Source: Mobula hypostoma (lineage: Eukaryota). Taken from it: 64,000 nt of DNA. The notes under the pieces were generated by a model. The model ran no database searches and had not been told where the DNA came from. It saw only the letters and a list, made by a program, of their open reading frames with translations. The stretch covers positions 233,866,001 through 233,930,000 of the forward strand of contig NC_086097.1 in the NCBI RefSeq assembly GCF_963921235.1. Direction: 5' to 3'. The translations under genes were made by a program, and so were the position numbers. Below are positions 1 to 12,667 of this stretch, piece by piece; positions within the stretch are counted from its first letter, which is position 1; the number at the start of each line of letters is the position of its first letter.

Positions 1-794
1 GTCAGAGGAACAGAAACTAAACCAATGCTGTAGTGTTTAATTTGTGATAAGTTTAATGATCTAAAAGCATTGAATACTATTTTAGTAGAAAATAATACTG
101 ATCAATGCTAAATTTGGGTGAAGGTAACAGTCCCAAGTTGTGAAAATAACTTAGCTGTCAATTATGAATCCACAGACAATGAGAATTCCTGACATCGAAG
201 CAGCATTTCTGGAGGACATTTAGGTCACCGATTAAGCTGCTCTCACATAAGTATTCTGGATTTATTATTCTGCTGTGTGGAAACATCTATGATAAGAATG
301 AAAAAGGGGAAAAGATTGGTTACAGGAGACGCAAGACTGGCATTTCAATATTCCGGGGTTCTGTTGTTTTAGATGTGATACAGCGGGAGAGAAACTGTCA
401 CAGCAGTGTTCGGTCCGGACAGACTGGAGAACTCGTCTATTGAGGCTCTTTGGGTGCAACTGAGGAATAAGAAAAGTATGACCACGTTAATGGGGCTATA
501 TTATAGACCCCAACAGTCCAAGGGAATTAGAAGAACAAATTTACACAGAGACCACAGACTGTTGCAAGAAACATAAGGTTGTTATAGTAGGTAATTTTAA
601 CATTCCACATATTGACTGGGACTCACATACTGTAAAAGGACTAGATGGGATAGAGTTTGTCAAATTTGTTCAAGGAAGTTTCCTTAGTCAGTACATAGAG
701 ATCCCAGTGAGACAGGGCAGGTCACAGAAATTTGTATAGGGGAACACTTTGCTCCTAGGACAATTTTTATGGTATCAGAAAGGTTCTGACAAGA

Positions 795-2787
795 GAATTA
801 AAATCACGTTTATTATCACCAGCATGTTTCATGAAATTTGTTAACGTGGCAGCAGCAGTTCAATACAATACCTAATACACAAGAAAAAAATAAGTAAAAT
901 AATAATAATAGTAATAATAAGTAAGTAAACTAATTATAGTAAATGTATATTGAATAGTTTAAATATTGTGCAAAAACAGAAATAATACATATTAAAAAGT
1001 GAGGTAGTGTTCAAGGGTTCAATATCCATTTAGGAATCGGATGGCAGAGGGGAAGAAGCTGTTCCTGAGTCACTGAGTGTGTTCCTTCAGGCTTCTGTAC
1101 CTCCTACCTGATGGTAACAGTGAGGAAAGGGCATGCCCTGGGTGCTGGAGGTCCTTAATAATAGATGCTGCCTTTCTGAGACATCACTCCTTGAAGAAGT
1201 CCTGGGTACTTTGTAGGCTAGTACCCAAGATGGAGCCGACTAAATTTACAACCTTCTGCAGCTTCTTTCGGTCCTTTGTAGTGGCCCCTCCTCCCCCATA
1301 CCGGACAGTGATGCAGCCTATCACAATGCTCTCCATGGTACATCTATAGAAGTTTTTGAGTGTATTTGTTGTCATTCCAAATCTCTTGAAACTCCTAATG
1401 AAGTACTGTATAATCGCTGTCTTGCCTTCTTTATAACTGCATCGATATGTTGGGACCAGGTTAGATCCTCAGAGATCTTGACACCCAGGAACTTGAAACT
1501 GCTCACTCTCTCCACTTCTCATCCCTTTATGTGGATTGGTATGTGTTCCTTCATCTTACCCTTCTGGAAGTCCACAATCAGCTCTTTGGTCTTACTGACG
1601 TTGAGTGCCAGTTTGTTGTTGTGACACTACTTCACTAGTTGGCATATCTCATTCCTGTACATCCTCTTGTCACCATCTGAGAGTCTACCAACAATGGTTG
1701 AATCATTAGCAAATTTAAAGATGGTATTTGAGCCATGCCTAGCCACACAGTCATGGGCATGTAGAGAGTAGAGCAGTGGGCTAAGCCCACACCCCTGAGG
1801 TGCACCTGTGTTGGTCGTCAGCAAGGAACAGATGTTATCACCAATTCACCCAGATTGTGGTCTTCCGGTTAAAAAGTTGACGATCCAATTGCAGAGGAAG
1901 GTACAGAGGCCCAGGTTCTGCAACTTCTCATCAGGATTGTGGGAATGATGGTATTAAATGCTGAGCTATAGTTGATGAACAGCATCCTGACCTAGGTGTT
2001 TGTGTTGTCCAGGTGGTCTAAAGCCATGTGGAGAGCCATGGAGATTGCATCTGCCGTTGCCCTGTTGTGGTGACCGGCAAACTGCAATGGGTCCAGGTCC
2101 TTGCTGAGGCAGGAGTTCAGTCTGGTCATAACCAACCTCTCAAAGCATTTCATCACTGTAGATGTGAGTGCTACCGGACAATAGTCATTAAGGCAGCTCA
2201 CATTATTCTTCTTAGGCACTGGTATAATTGTTGCCTTTTTGAAGCAAGTGGGAACTTCTGCCCGTAGCAGTGAGAGGTTGAAAATGTTCTTTCAACGTGC
2301 CAATTGGTGGGCACAGGTTTTCAGAGCCTTACCAGGTACTCCATTGGGACCTTCTGCTTGCGAGGTTTCATTCTCTTTAAAGGCAGCCTAACATCGATCT
2401 CTGAGACAGAGATCACAGGGTCATCAGGTGCAGCAGGGATCTTCACAGCTGTAGTTATATTCTCTCTTTCAAACCATGCGTAGAAGGCATTGAGTTCATC
2501 TGGTAGTGAAGCTTCTCTGCCCTTCATGCTATTGGATTTTGCTTTGTAGGAAGTAATGTCTTGCAAACCCTGCCAGAGTTGTTGTACATCTGAAGTTGCC
2601 TCCAACCTCGTTTGAAATTGTCTCTTCACCCTTGAAATAGCCCTGCGTAAACCATACCTGGTTTTCTGGTACATGCCTGGGTCACCAGACTCGAATGCCA
2701 CAGACCTAGCCTTCAGTGGATAACATACCTCTTGGTTCATCCACAGTTTTTGGTTTGGGAATGTACAGTAAGTCATTCACACAGGAG
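795..2787 (-). mobile_element. Rex1/Babar LINE, 5'-truncated and decayed
   Basis: Minus-strand fragments [66 protein letters not shown]-rich 3' UTR ends near 795. Confidence 0.9.
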
Positions 2788-3796
2788 TCGAATGGGACAA
2801 GTTGCTTTCTGCCAAAGGTGTGCTTGGTAAGTAGGTAGCTTTCAAACGTGAAATTTTGAGAGTACGAAGTTTGTATGTGCCTATCAGAATAAAAAGCAAG
2901 GATAACAGGCTTAGGGAACCTTGGTTTTCAAGAGATAGTTAAGCCCCTTGTTAAGAAAAAAAGAAAGTGCATATTAGATATAGAGAGGTAGCAACAAATG
3001 AAGTACTTTAATAGTATAAGAAATGTAAGAGAACACTTAAGACATAAATCAGAAGGTCTAAAGAAGGCATGAGGTTGCAGAAAAGATGAAGGAGAATCTG
3101 AAAGGCTTCCACGGATATGTTAAGAACAAAGGGATTGCAAGGGAGAAAATGGATCCCCTGGATGATCAGAATAGTACTCTGCGCATTGAGCCAAAAGAGA
3201 TGAGGGAGGTAGTTCTGTTTGCATCGGTATATTCTCAGGAGATGGGCACAAAGTCTACAGTAGTAAGCAGAGCAGCAGTGATGTCAGGGACCCTAAACAG
3301 ACTACAGCAGAGGAGGTGTTTGCTGTCCTGAGGCAAACTAGGGTGGACAAGTCCCTAGGCCCTGACAAGGAGTTCCGTTGGACCCTGTGGAAAACAAGTG
3401 CAGAAACTGCACAGGCTCTAGCAGAGATATTTAAATCATCCTTGTCGACAGGTGCAGTATCGGATGATTGGAGGATAGCTAGTGTCATCCTGCTGCTGAA
3501 GAAAGCCTGAAAGAACAAACTAGGAAATTATAATGCCAGTAAGCTTATATCAGCAGTGGACAAGTTATTGCAAAGTATTCTAGGAGACTCGATGTATCAG
3601 TATTTGGATAGACAGGGACGTATTAGGGACAGTCAGCGTGGCTTTGTTTGTGTCTAACCAAACTTACAGAGTTTTTCAAGGATGTTACCAGGAATGTTGA
3701 TGAAAACAAGGCAGTGGATGGTATCTACACGGCATTTGAAAAGGTCCTGCATGGAAGGCTAGTGAAAAAGTCACAGTCGCTCAGTATTCAAGATGA

Positions 3797-4157
3797 ACAT
3801 GGAACATAGAACAATATAGCACAGGAACAGGCCATTCAGCCCACAATGTGGTGTTCAACCAGCTAAAAGGTAAATTAAAAAAACAAATGAACAAACCCCT
3901 CCTGCCTACTCAAAGTCCCTCCATCTTCTTCATATTCATGTGCCTATTCAAACATCTCTTAAAATCCTCAAATGTATCTGCCTCTACCCTTCTACCATCA
4001 TAGCAGGCAGCACATCCAGGCATCCAACACTCTCTGAACAAAAAACTTACATCCCCTCTCACCTTCAATGCATGTCTTCTGATTTTAGATATTTCTACCC
4101 TGGGAAAAAGCTACTCTCTGTCTACTCAACCTATGCCTCTCATGATCTTATAAACCT
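3797..4157 (-). mobile_element. CR1-clade LINE 3' end nested antisense in the outer CR1
   Basis: Starts with the reverse complement of the CR1 tail (aacatggaacatagaac...caggccattcagccc); the host CR1 resumes at ~4158. Confidence 0.75.
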
Positions 4158-4881
4158 GAGGTAGTAAATTGGATTAGATATTGGCTTTGTGGGAGTAGCC
4201 AGAAAGTGATAGTAGATGGTTGCCTCTCTGACAGGAGGCCTGTGACTAGTGGAATGCCACAGGGATCAGTGCTGGATCCATTGTTATTTGTCACCTACAT
4301 CAATGATCTGGATGATAGTGTGTTTAACTGGATCAGCAGTTTTGTGGATGACACCCAAGACTGGGGCAAGGTGGACACCATGAAAGACTATCAGAGCTTG
4401 CAGCGGGATCTGGACTAGCGGAGAAAGTGGGCTGAGAAATGGCAGATGGAGATTTTGTAGACAAGTGTGAAGTGTTGCACTTTGGGAGGACCAACCAGGG
4501 TAGGTCTTACACAGTGAGTGGTAGGGCTTTGAGGAGTCTGTAGAACAGAGGGGTCTGGGAATACAGCTCCATAATTCATTCAAGGTGTCACAAGTAGATA
4601 GGGTCATAAGGAAACCTTTTGGCTCTTTGGCCTTCATAGAACAAAGTACTGAGTACAGGAGTTGGATTGTTATGTTGAAGTTGTATAAGTCATTGGTGAG
4701 GCCTAATTTAGCATATTGTGTGCAGATTTGGTCACCTACCAGTAAGAAAGATGTAAATAAGATTAAAAGAGTGCAGAGAAAACTTACACTATGTTGCTGG
4801 GCCTGAAGGACTGAGTTATAACGAAAGACTGAATAGGTTAGGACTTCAGTCCCTGGAAGATTTGATGGAGGTATAGAAAAT

Positions 4882-5770
4882 CGGATAATGAAGTAGGTTT
4901 TCAAAGCTTGCAGTGAGATTTAGGCCAGTTAGAAGAGTGGGCTGAAAGATGACAGATGGAGTTTAATGCTTATAAATGTGAGGTACTACATTTTGGTAGG
5001 ACTAATCAAAATAGGACATACATGGTAAATGGTAGGGCATTGAAGAATGCTGTAGAACAGAGGAATCTAGGAATAATGGTGCATAGTTCCCCGAAGGTGG
5101 AATCTCATGTGGATAGGGTGGTGAAGAAAGCTTTTGGTATGCTGGCCTTTATAAATCAGAACATTGAGTATAGGAGTTGGGATGTAATGTTGAAATTGTA
5201 TAAGGCAATTGGTAAGGCCAAATTTGGAGTATTGTGTACAGTTCTGGTCACCGAATTATAGGAAAGATGTCAACAAAGTTGAGAGAGTACAGAGGAGATT
5301 TACTAAAATGTTGCCTGGGTTTCATCTCCTAAGTTACAGAGAAAGGTTGAACAAGTTAGGTCTTTATTCTTTGGAGCGTAGAATGTTGAGGGGGGACTTG
5401 ATAGAGGTGTATAAAATTATGAGGGGGATTGATAGAGTTGACGTGGATAGGCTTTTTCCATTGAGAGCCGGGGAGATTCAAACAAGAGGACATGAGTTGA
5501 GAGTTAAAGGACAAAAGTTTAGGGGTAACATGATGGGGAATTTTTTTACTCAGAGAGTGGTAGCTGTGTGGAACGAGCTTCCAGCAGAAGTGGTTGAGGC
5601 AGGTTCGATGTTGTCGTTTAAAGTTAAATTGGATAGGTATGTGGACAGGAAAGGAATGGAGGGTTATGGGCTGAGTGCAGGTCGGTGGGACTAGGTGAGA
5701 GTAAGAGTTCGGCATGGACTAGAAGGGCCGAGATGGCCTGTTTCCGTGCTGTAATTGTTATATGGTTATA
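4882..5770 (+). mobile_element. 5'-truncated CR1-clade LINE nested in the same orientation inside the older CR1
   Basis: ORFs 4956-5261 and 5209-5694 (MEFNAYKCEVLHFG, VRPNLEYCVQFWSP, FFTQRVV). Own tail (ttatatggttata). It splits the host EVxKI|MR motif. Confidence 0.85.
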
Positions 5771-6709
5771 TTATGAGGATATAGTTAGGAGAAACGCAAA
5801 CAGGTGTTTTCCACTGAGTTTGGGTGAGACTAGAGGTCATGGATTAAGTGTGAAAGGTGTGATGTTTAAAAGAAACATGAGAGGAAATGTTTTCACTCGG
5901 AGGTTGGCGAGAGTGTGGAACAAGCTGACAGTGCAAGTGGTGCATGCAATTTCGATTTCAATGTTTAAGAGAAGTTTGGAGAGGTACATGGATGGGAAGG
6001 ATATAAAGACCTATGGTCCATATGCAGGTCGATGGGACAAGGCAGTTTAAATGTTATGGCATTGACAAGATGGGCCAAACGGCCTGTTTCTGTGCTCTGG
6101 TTTTCTATGGCTGTTTGACTCTATATTGTTTAATTAAGGCTGATTTTGAATAATTGGCTTGTATTTCAATGATTATAGTTATGAATGGTGGTTATTATTT
6201 GTTTGAAATGTTCACTTAATTATAATTCTCTCTTAAAAGCATTTTATTTAAAAAATCAATAAATCATAATTTATAATGGAATATAAACTTCTGAAGTAAA
6301 GTGAAAACAATAATTATATTAAGAGTAAATAAAATGTTTAACTCTAAATAGTCATTAAGATAAATAAAGAGAACTCAATGCCAGTAATCCACAACCTTAA
6401 GCTTAATTCATTCACACAGATAATGTGGGGGGTTAGAAGGCCAGCACTAAACCGTCATTGAAGGAGGAACAACGTACACAGACCCAATGGGATAAGCAAC
6501 AAGTGAAGATCGTGGAGTCTGCCAACCAATGAGATGCGAGATCCATGGATCATTTATCTACCCAAGTGACTGGAGAACTGGGCATGAATGTGTCAGGCAT
6601 TCATTTCGAAAGATGGCTTTAAGCAATTTTTACCTCAGTTTGGAGTGGCAAGGTAACTCCTTGCTCTTTCAGGCAGGGGACTACGATGCATAAAATCCAG
6701 AATGCTCAG

Positions 6710-6999
6710 GATGAAAAAAATTTCTTCCCCCAGGCCATAGGCTTCTGAAACTCCCTGCTGCACCATGTTTTAAGTGTCACTGGTTAATCTGTTCCATACC
6801 TTACATATTTAATATTAATGCACTTTAATTTCTTATTTTTGTGTGATTCATCTGTAGATGTTATCCTTACCTTCATAAGTTATCTTGTGTTGTGTGTGTT
6901 ATGTGTACTACTGTGCTTTATACCCAGGTTTGGAGAAACAATATCTCATTTTATATGGTTATATACATGTATATAGTTAAATGACAATAAACTTGACTT
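6710..6999 (+). mobile_element. Rex1-type LINE 3' end
   Basis: ttcttcccccaggccataggcttctg reads FFPQAIGL, like the Rex1 C-terminus; ends aataaacttgactt. Confidence 0.65.
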
Positions 7000-7574
7000 A
7001 AAGAGAAAAGAATACTAAGGAGAAACAAGTAAAAATATAGAGAGACTGCTGCCAAAGAGCCCTGTATCATTGCCAAAATGTTGATCAGGGCTTTTTATGT
7101 TTCAAATGCATTTTTCTAAACCCTTGTGCCAAAAGAAAAGTTGTCAATAATCCAATAAGTAGATTTTAAATTTATGCTGTCTCCTGTAATTACCCTACAC
7201 ATTGTTCTCAGAAGAATTCATCACATATAAAATTCAGCATGGTTTTAGAAATTCCTTTTGGACTTCTATTACATCCACATCACTTGAAATGATCACGCTC
7301 TAGATCAGGCTGTTGTCATCCACCTCAGCATCTTTCAGTTTCATGAAGTTTCCTCATTAAAAAAAAGCCATTTGCACAATTTGCCGCTTGAACAAGAGCC
7401 AATCTTTCCATTTGTAGTACACCAGTGTCACTTTTGCTTCACTTTTAAGTTGCATTATGTTTGGGTTGGCCTCACTGCCGAACGGTTCAGGCTGTGCTGG
7501 CTTTGTCTGGCTCCTGTGAAGAGAGCTCATGGTTCTCCGGCATCAGGGGGCAAGTATGTACCCAACTCTAATTC

Positions 7575-8022
7575 TGGATTAAAAAGCATGTATTGTGAGG
7601 ATGAACTGAATGAACTAGAGCTTTTCTCTTTGGAGCAAAGAAATATTAGAGGCAACTTTGATAGTGATGTAAAAGATGAGACAATATTCGAGTGGATAGC
7701 CGGAGACACTTATCCAGGGTGGGAATAGTGAATACAGGGAGGTGGGCATAATTCTAAGGTGATTGGAGGAAAGTATAGCAGGGTGTCCGAGGTAAGTTTT
7801 TTACACAAAGATTGTTGGATGTTTGGAATGCTCTGCCAGGGCTGATAGTAAAAGCACATAATTTAAGGATATTTAGTAAACTTAGATAGACACATGAATG
7901 ATAGAAAATGGAGGGCTACGTGGAAAGGAAAGGTTGGATTCATCTTAGAGTAGATTACAAGCTTGGTGCAACATTGTGGGCCAAAGCGTCTGTACTGTGC
8001 TGTACTTTTTATGTCTTATGTT
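7575..8022 (+). mobile_element. Old CR1-clade LINE 3' fragment
   Basis: LNELELFSLEQR-like translation and a CR1-type 3' UTR (gggccaaagcgtctgtactgtgctgta). Confidence 0.75.
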
Positions 8023-8292
8023 AACATAGACTCACCATGGGGTCAGGACAAATCAAGTGATAGTCTGTGCTGCTGTTGTTGGTGCACCTGTCCCTTGGTT
8101 CATTGGTAGAGAGCATGTGAGGCCCAAAGTTGGAGCCTGTGGCTGTTAAGAGTCCCCATCTTTGATGGGACACAAAGGTCCACTTCTGGTATTACACCAG
8201 AGAATCTGCCTTAGGCATTTTACATTAGCCAGAACTGCCAAAGGGACTGGGGGAGCTCTTCACCTGAATGGGCAATCCTGACCTGGCGATTT

Positions 8293-8349
8293 TACAGTAC
8301 AAAAGTCTTAGGCACATGTAGGTAAGGTGCGTAAGACTTTTGCACGGTA
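8293..8349. mobile_element. Minimal Tc1/mariner-like inverted-repeat element (23-bp arms, 11-bp spacer)
   Basis: tacagtacaaaagtcttaggcac (8293-8315) pairs with gtgcgtaagacttttgcacggta (8327-8349) with 3 mismatches; TA-CAGT terminus is typical of Tc1. Confidence 0.6.
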
Positions 8350-8589
8350 CAGTATTTGTCAATGTGCAGCAGAGACCGAGTTTGTAAATCAGCAGGGAGC
8401 AAAGGATGTTGGGTACAGTGAGGGTGGAGTGACAGAGAAGGAGTGCCGGGGCGAAAGGTGGCTTGGGTGCAGACTCACCCAGTCCTGAGACAACAAGCAA
8501 GGTCACTTGATTCCAAACTATTGCTGCTCAGGGACCAGGAGGTGAGTATGCACCCAGATCAAATCCTGGATCAGTGGGCATGTCTCTTG

Positions 8590-8835
8590 CCATGGTAGTG
8601 TACTGGTTAGCACAATGCTTTGCAGTACCAGCAATGCAGGCTCAATTCCCGCTGCTGCCTTTTAGGAGTTTGTACGTCTCCACCCCCGCTCCCCCCACCC
8701 CCGGGACACATCGGTTTCATCCAGGTTCTCTGGTTTCCTCCCACATTGTAAAGACGTACTGTGTGGTTAGTTAATTGGTCATTGTAAATTGTCCTGAGAT
8801 TAGGCTCGGGTTAAATTGGGGGATTACAGGGCAAC
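8590..8835 (+). mobile_element. tRNA-derived SINE (V-SINE/HE1-like)
   Basis: Box A-like ggtagtgtactggttag, degenerate box B, and the central ...ggtttcctcccaca core shared with the copies at 10681, 51030 and 55650. Confidence 0.75.
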
Positions 8836-9052
8836 ATTAATCCAGAATATGAGGATGCTGGGTGGAGTGGGAAGTGCCACCAAAGACCCCAGGAAACAAT
8901 TCTTGCTCATGTGGGTGCCAGAGATAGAGGCACTCATGGTCAGGTGAACAGATAGGGAACAGTCAGCAGGGAGGGTCTAAGCCTTTTCTGTGGGCAGTGG
9001 AGAACACTCACTGCCACTATTCCAGAAATAAATGGGGAATTAATTCATTGCA

Positions 9053-9875
9053 ACACTCACAAACTGCTGAAGGAACTCAGCAAGTCAGGTGGTATCCATG
9101 AAGGGGAGCATTTTGGGCCGAGACCAACACGCGGGACAGAAGCATGGTCGCATTGTTCATTCCAGGGAGCAGCTGCTTGCACTAATGCCAGCCGGTTTAG
9201 CAAGCAGAGCGGCGGATACCCCTGCTCAAATCTGGAGGAAAACACACAGAGAATGCAGAGGGGGATCACAAAGTCGAGAAAAGAGGACCGGGTCGAGACA
9301 GCAGAGACTTATGGAGAAGAGGAGTTTGGTGGGTAATAAAATGGACGAGTTCACGGCGCTAGCCAGACATCAGAGAACATTTCAGGAGTGTAATGTTATG
9401 TGTTTCACTGGAACAGCGCTGCACGAAGACATACCCGATCAAAACTTCTCCATGGACGGCTTCCAGACCGTTCCGGCTGACCGGAAGTGCACTGAGAGCG
9501 GTAAGCGTAAAGGAGTTGGGTGCTTACTGTTCTGGTTAACAACAGATGGCGTAATCTGCATCATATTACGATCGAGGAATGTGTTTGTAGACCGGATATT
9601 GAACTTTTTACTGTTGGACTTCGGCCACGTTCCACCGAGATTCAACACTGGGCGTCACGGGAGGTCGTTCCTGCCTCTGGCCATCGAACTTGCAGCTCCT
9701 CCCATGGAGGGTCAGACACCCTGAGCCAATAGACTGGTTCTGGACTTATTTCCATCTGGCATAATTTGCATTTTGTTGTTTGTTTGTTTGTGGTTTCTGT
9801 ATTGCTATAATTATGCTCAATTCTTGGTTGGTGCGGCTGTAACGAAACCCAATTTCCCTTGGGATCAATAAAGTA

Positions 9876-9907
<32 letters not shown>

Positions 9908-10032
9908 AGGACTTAACACAAAACGTCAACTGTTCATTCCTCTCCGTAAATGCCACCTGACTCACTAAGTTTCCCCAACATTTTGTTTGTGTGTGTTGCT
10001 TAAGATTTCCAGCATCTGCAGAATCTCTTTTG
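9053..10032. mobile_element. Inverted pair of degenerate PLE terminal repeats (9053-9125 minus, 9907-10032 plus) split by a Rex1 derivative
   Basis: Both arms resemble the 3' terminal repeat of the PLE at 51960; the right arm carries the extra tail ...atttccagcatctgcagaatctc. Confidence 0.65.
9126..9906 (+). mobile_element. Non-autonomous Rex1 internal-deletion derivative, copy 1 (5'-truncated), (TCTA)n tail
   Basis: Collinear with the reverse complement of 38913-39788. Rex1 N-terminus and partial endonuclease are joined directly to the C-terminal RSFLPxAI motif and 3' UTR. Confidence 0.85.
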
Positions 10033-10920
10033 TATAATATTAATTCACTCCCTCAACTCTCTTTTGGAAGTGACTCTTTGGAGCGAGTTTTTCTGGGTAT
10101 TCGAAGCTGCACTTGAGGAAAACTTCATTAAAACGACACAAATGACAGAATGAGACCCACTAAATGAAATACTTCACCCTGGTTAATACAAACCATTTTG
10201 TTTCATTCACATCATGTGAAATCAGTTTTATCTTATTGATATTCTTAACTAAATAATCCAAGAATTATTTCACATGGGTTCCAAACCAGTGGTAAGAAGG
10301 TCTTAAACAGCCGCCATTCCCCACAGATGCTTTGTTGTGGCTGGAAAAAGCTTCGTCACGTCGTCTACTTTATAGCACTGGACCTTAGGACATTGCAGTC
10401 CTCAAGATTTGTTCATGAACATATCCCTGGAAGACCAGAAGGTTTTGAGCACACTGAAAGGCATTTTTCATCCAAATGAAAAATTCCCAGTGTTTGTCCC
10501 AGTGTGAATCCTTTAGGACCCAAACGCAACATCTCATAAAGATTCTCTGTTCCGATCTTATATTGTGTGTGGTTATGAAAGTGTGGTGCATCCCTTAGTT
10601 TGTAGTGGAGGTAGTTCAATATTTGATAGGTTAAACAATTGAGGGGTCTCAAGAAATGATGCAAAAGGTGACTTATGTTCAGCACGGTAGCGTAGTGGTT
10701 AGCATAATGCTTTACTGCATCAGTGATCAGTGATAGGGTTTCAACTCCCACCACTATCTGTAAGGAATTTGTACATTCTCGGTGACTGTGTGGGTTTCCT
10801 CCGGGTGCTCTGATTCCCTCCCACGTTCCAAAAACGCACAGATTAGTGTTAGTAAATTGCGGGTGTGCATTGTTGGTGCTGGAAGCAAGGCGGTACTTGC
10901 GGGCTGACCCCAGCACATAC

Positions 10921-11537
10921 AGTCACAGAGGGGTACAGCACAGACACAGGCATGGCAGACCATCTAATCCACGTTGAAAACGTTTAATTTGCGGGCTGAA
11001 TGGCCTAATTCTGCCCTGTGTCTTATGCACAGAAGCAGGCCCTTTGGCCCATCTAGTCCATGCCAAAGCCTCCTCCCATTGGCCTGCATCTGAACCATAG
11101 CCCTCCATACCCCTACTATCCATGTGCCTATCCAACCCTCTCTTAAACATTGATATGGAGCTCACATGCACCACTTGTACTGGCAGATTGTTCCATACCC
11201 TCACAACCCTCTAAGTGAAGAAGTTTCTTTTCATGTTCCCCTTAAACTTTTCACCTTTCACTTTTAGCCCATGACCTCTGGTTGTAATCCCACCCAACCT
11301 CAGTGGAAAAAGCCTGCTTGCATTTACCCTATCTATACCCCTCATAATTTTGAATACCTCTATCAAATCTCCTCTCAATCTTCTACATTCCAAGGAGCAA
11401 AGTCCTAACCTATTCAATCTTTCCTTATAACCCTGGTCCTCCAGACCAGGAACACCCTTGTAAATTTTCACTATCCTTTTCAACGTTATTTACATTTTTT
11501 ATGTCGGTAGGTAACCAAACTGCACACAATACTCCAA
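10921..11537 (-). mobile_element. CR1-clade LINE 3' fragment
   Basis: ORFs 11211-11483 (YKERLNRLGL, TRGHGLKVKG) and 10923-11204 (VWNNLP). Confidence 0.85.
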
Positions 11538-11583
11538 TATTCAGCTTGTGTTGGTTATTGACACAAACAACATAGTTCACTGT

Positions 11584-11676
11584 CCTGATGAAGGGTCTCG
11601 GCCCGAAACGTCAACTGTACCTCTTCCTATAGATGCTGCCTGGCCTGCTGCGTTCACCAGCAATTTTTATGTGTGT
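11584..11676 (+). mobile_element. 93-bp solo PLE terminal repeat with an 11-bp TSD
   Basis: Exact direct repeat tagttcactgt at 11573-11583 and 11677-11687; the interior matches the 3' end of the PLE at 51960. Confidence 0.85.
11585..11612 (+). ncRNA. Minimal type I hammerhead ribozyme core (PLE-type); helix I incomplete in this copy
   Basis: CTGATGA-A-GGGT(CTCG)GCCC-GAAA-CGTC: conserved core, helix II, palindromic ACGT in place of helix III, and a GUC cleavage triplet. Confidence 0.75.
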
Positions 11677-12489
11677 TAGTTCACTGTATGTTTTGATGCA
11701 CATGTAACAAACAAAGCAAATATTTCCTCTAATCTTTGAGGCTGACATGATCATATCAAATAGCGGGACGGACTTGCAGAGCCCAGTGGCCTACTCTTGT
11801 TTCTGTTTGCTTGTGTTCATCTGTCCTTGTGTACAGTCGCTGTTGGATTCATTCTGGGTTTTATAGTTCCCCGTTCTTCCATCTGAAACTACTATCTTTA
11901 AATCAAATCAGAATGGTTCATTTTATTAACATATAAATATATATCAATGCTCAGAGATTCAGTTGTTAGCTCAGTAATAAATTGAACATTTCAGCCTCAG
12001 CTGGACTAACCCTGAATAAATCACTAGAATTTTGCACCTGTGTTCCCATTTTAATGAAAGCATGTATGATGAGATAGTTAAATGAAGAAAACATGGTAAT
12101 GTGTGAAAAATAAGACACAAATAAATTTCAGTGATATATTATCCAGAGGGTCCATTGGAAACCAAGGCAGCAAATAACAAAACCAACATCAGAACTGCAA
12201 TAAAATTGTTCTGTGTTAGAGCACCACAATATTTCATCTAGTTTGAAGATGGGTGCCCAAACAAATGCAAATGAATGGATTTGGATTGAAAAGGATTGGC
12301 ACTGAAAAAGTATAACTTTTAAAAGTGTAAAGGGAATTAATTGGGAAAAGTAACACAGAGACTGACAATCGCCCAAGGTGAAAAGTGCACACTAAACTGA
12401 GAACACTTTAACCTCCCTGTATTATTTTCACTTATTATTATTCAGTTATTCTCATCAGCTAAGTCCTCAGCATGACCATGAATTGTATA

Positions 12490-12650
12490 TCAAATGTAAG
12501 AGATAATTGAAGAGCATTCAGAGGAGGTTTATGAGAATAACTCTGGGAATGAAAGGGTTAATACGTGAGGAGCTTTTGATGGCTCTGGGTCTGTGCTCAC
12601 TGGGATTTAGAAGAAGGAGGGAGATCTCATTGAAATCTAGCAAATATTGA
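12490..12650 (+). mobile_element. Short CR1-clade fragment
   Basis: gagcattcagaggaggtttatgagaata...gatctcattgaaatc resembles the QRRFTR...GDLIE region. Confidence 0.65.
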
Positions 12651-12667
12651 ATTTTGTATTTTTATTA

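Larger units (their letters stand above)
316..6124 (+). mobile_element. Decayed CR1-clade LINE ORF2 (endonuclease + RT + 3' UTR), interrupted by three younger insertions
   Basis: Collinear pieces at ~316-760, ~2788-3796, ~4158-4881 and ~5771-6124. ORF fragments include KSLGPD/DWRIASV, SGMPQGSVLDPLLF/SFVDD, LVRPNLAYCVQIWSP and TRGHGL. Many stops and frameshifts. Confidence 0.85.
10681..11735 (+). mobile_element. tRNA-derived SINE (V-SINE-like) containing two nested insertions
   Basis: Head gcacggtagcgtagtggttagc and core gggtttcctccgggtgctctgattccctccca; interrupted at ~10921 by a CR1 3' end and at 11584 by a PLE repeat; its 3' part resumes at ~11538. Confidence 0.75.

Noticed and set aside
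4284..4904. Long antisense ORFs as genes (also 27082-27726, 33011-33436, 39379-39837, 60118-60522)
   Set aside because: They are opposite-strand shadows of LINE coding sequence with no independent motifs.
10681..10760. tRNA gene
   Set aside because: The A/B-box-like head runs into a repeated SINE core and does not form a complete cloverleaf. The same holds at 8590 and 51030.
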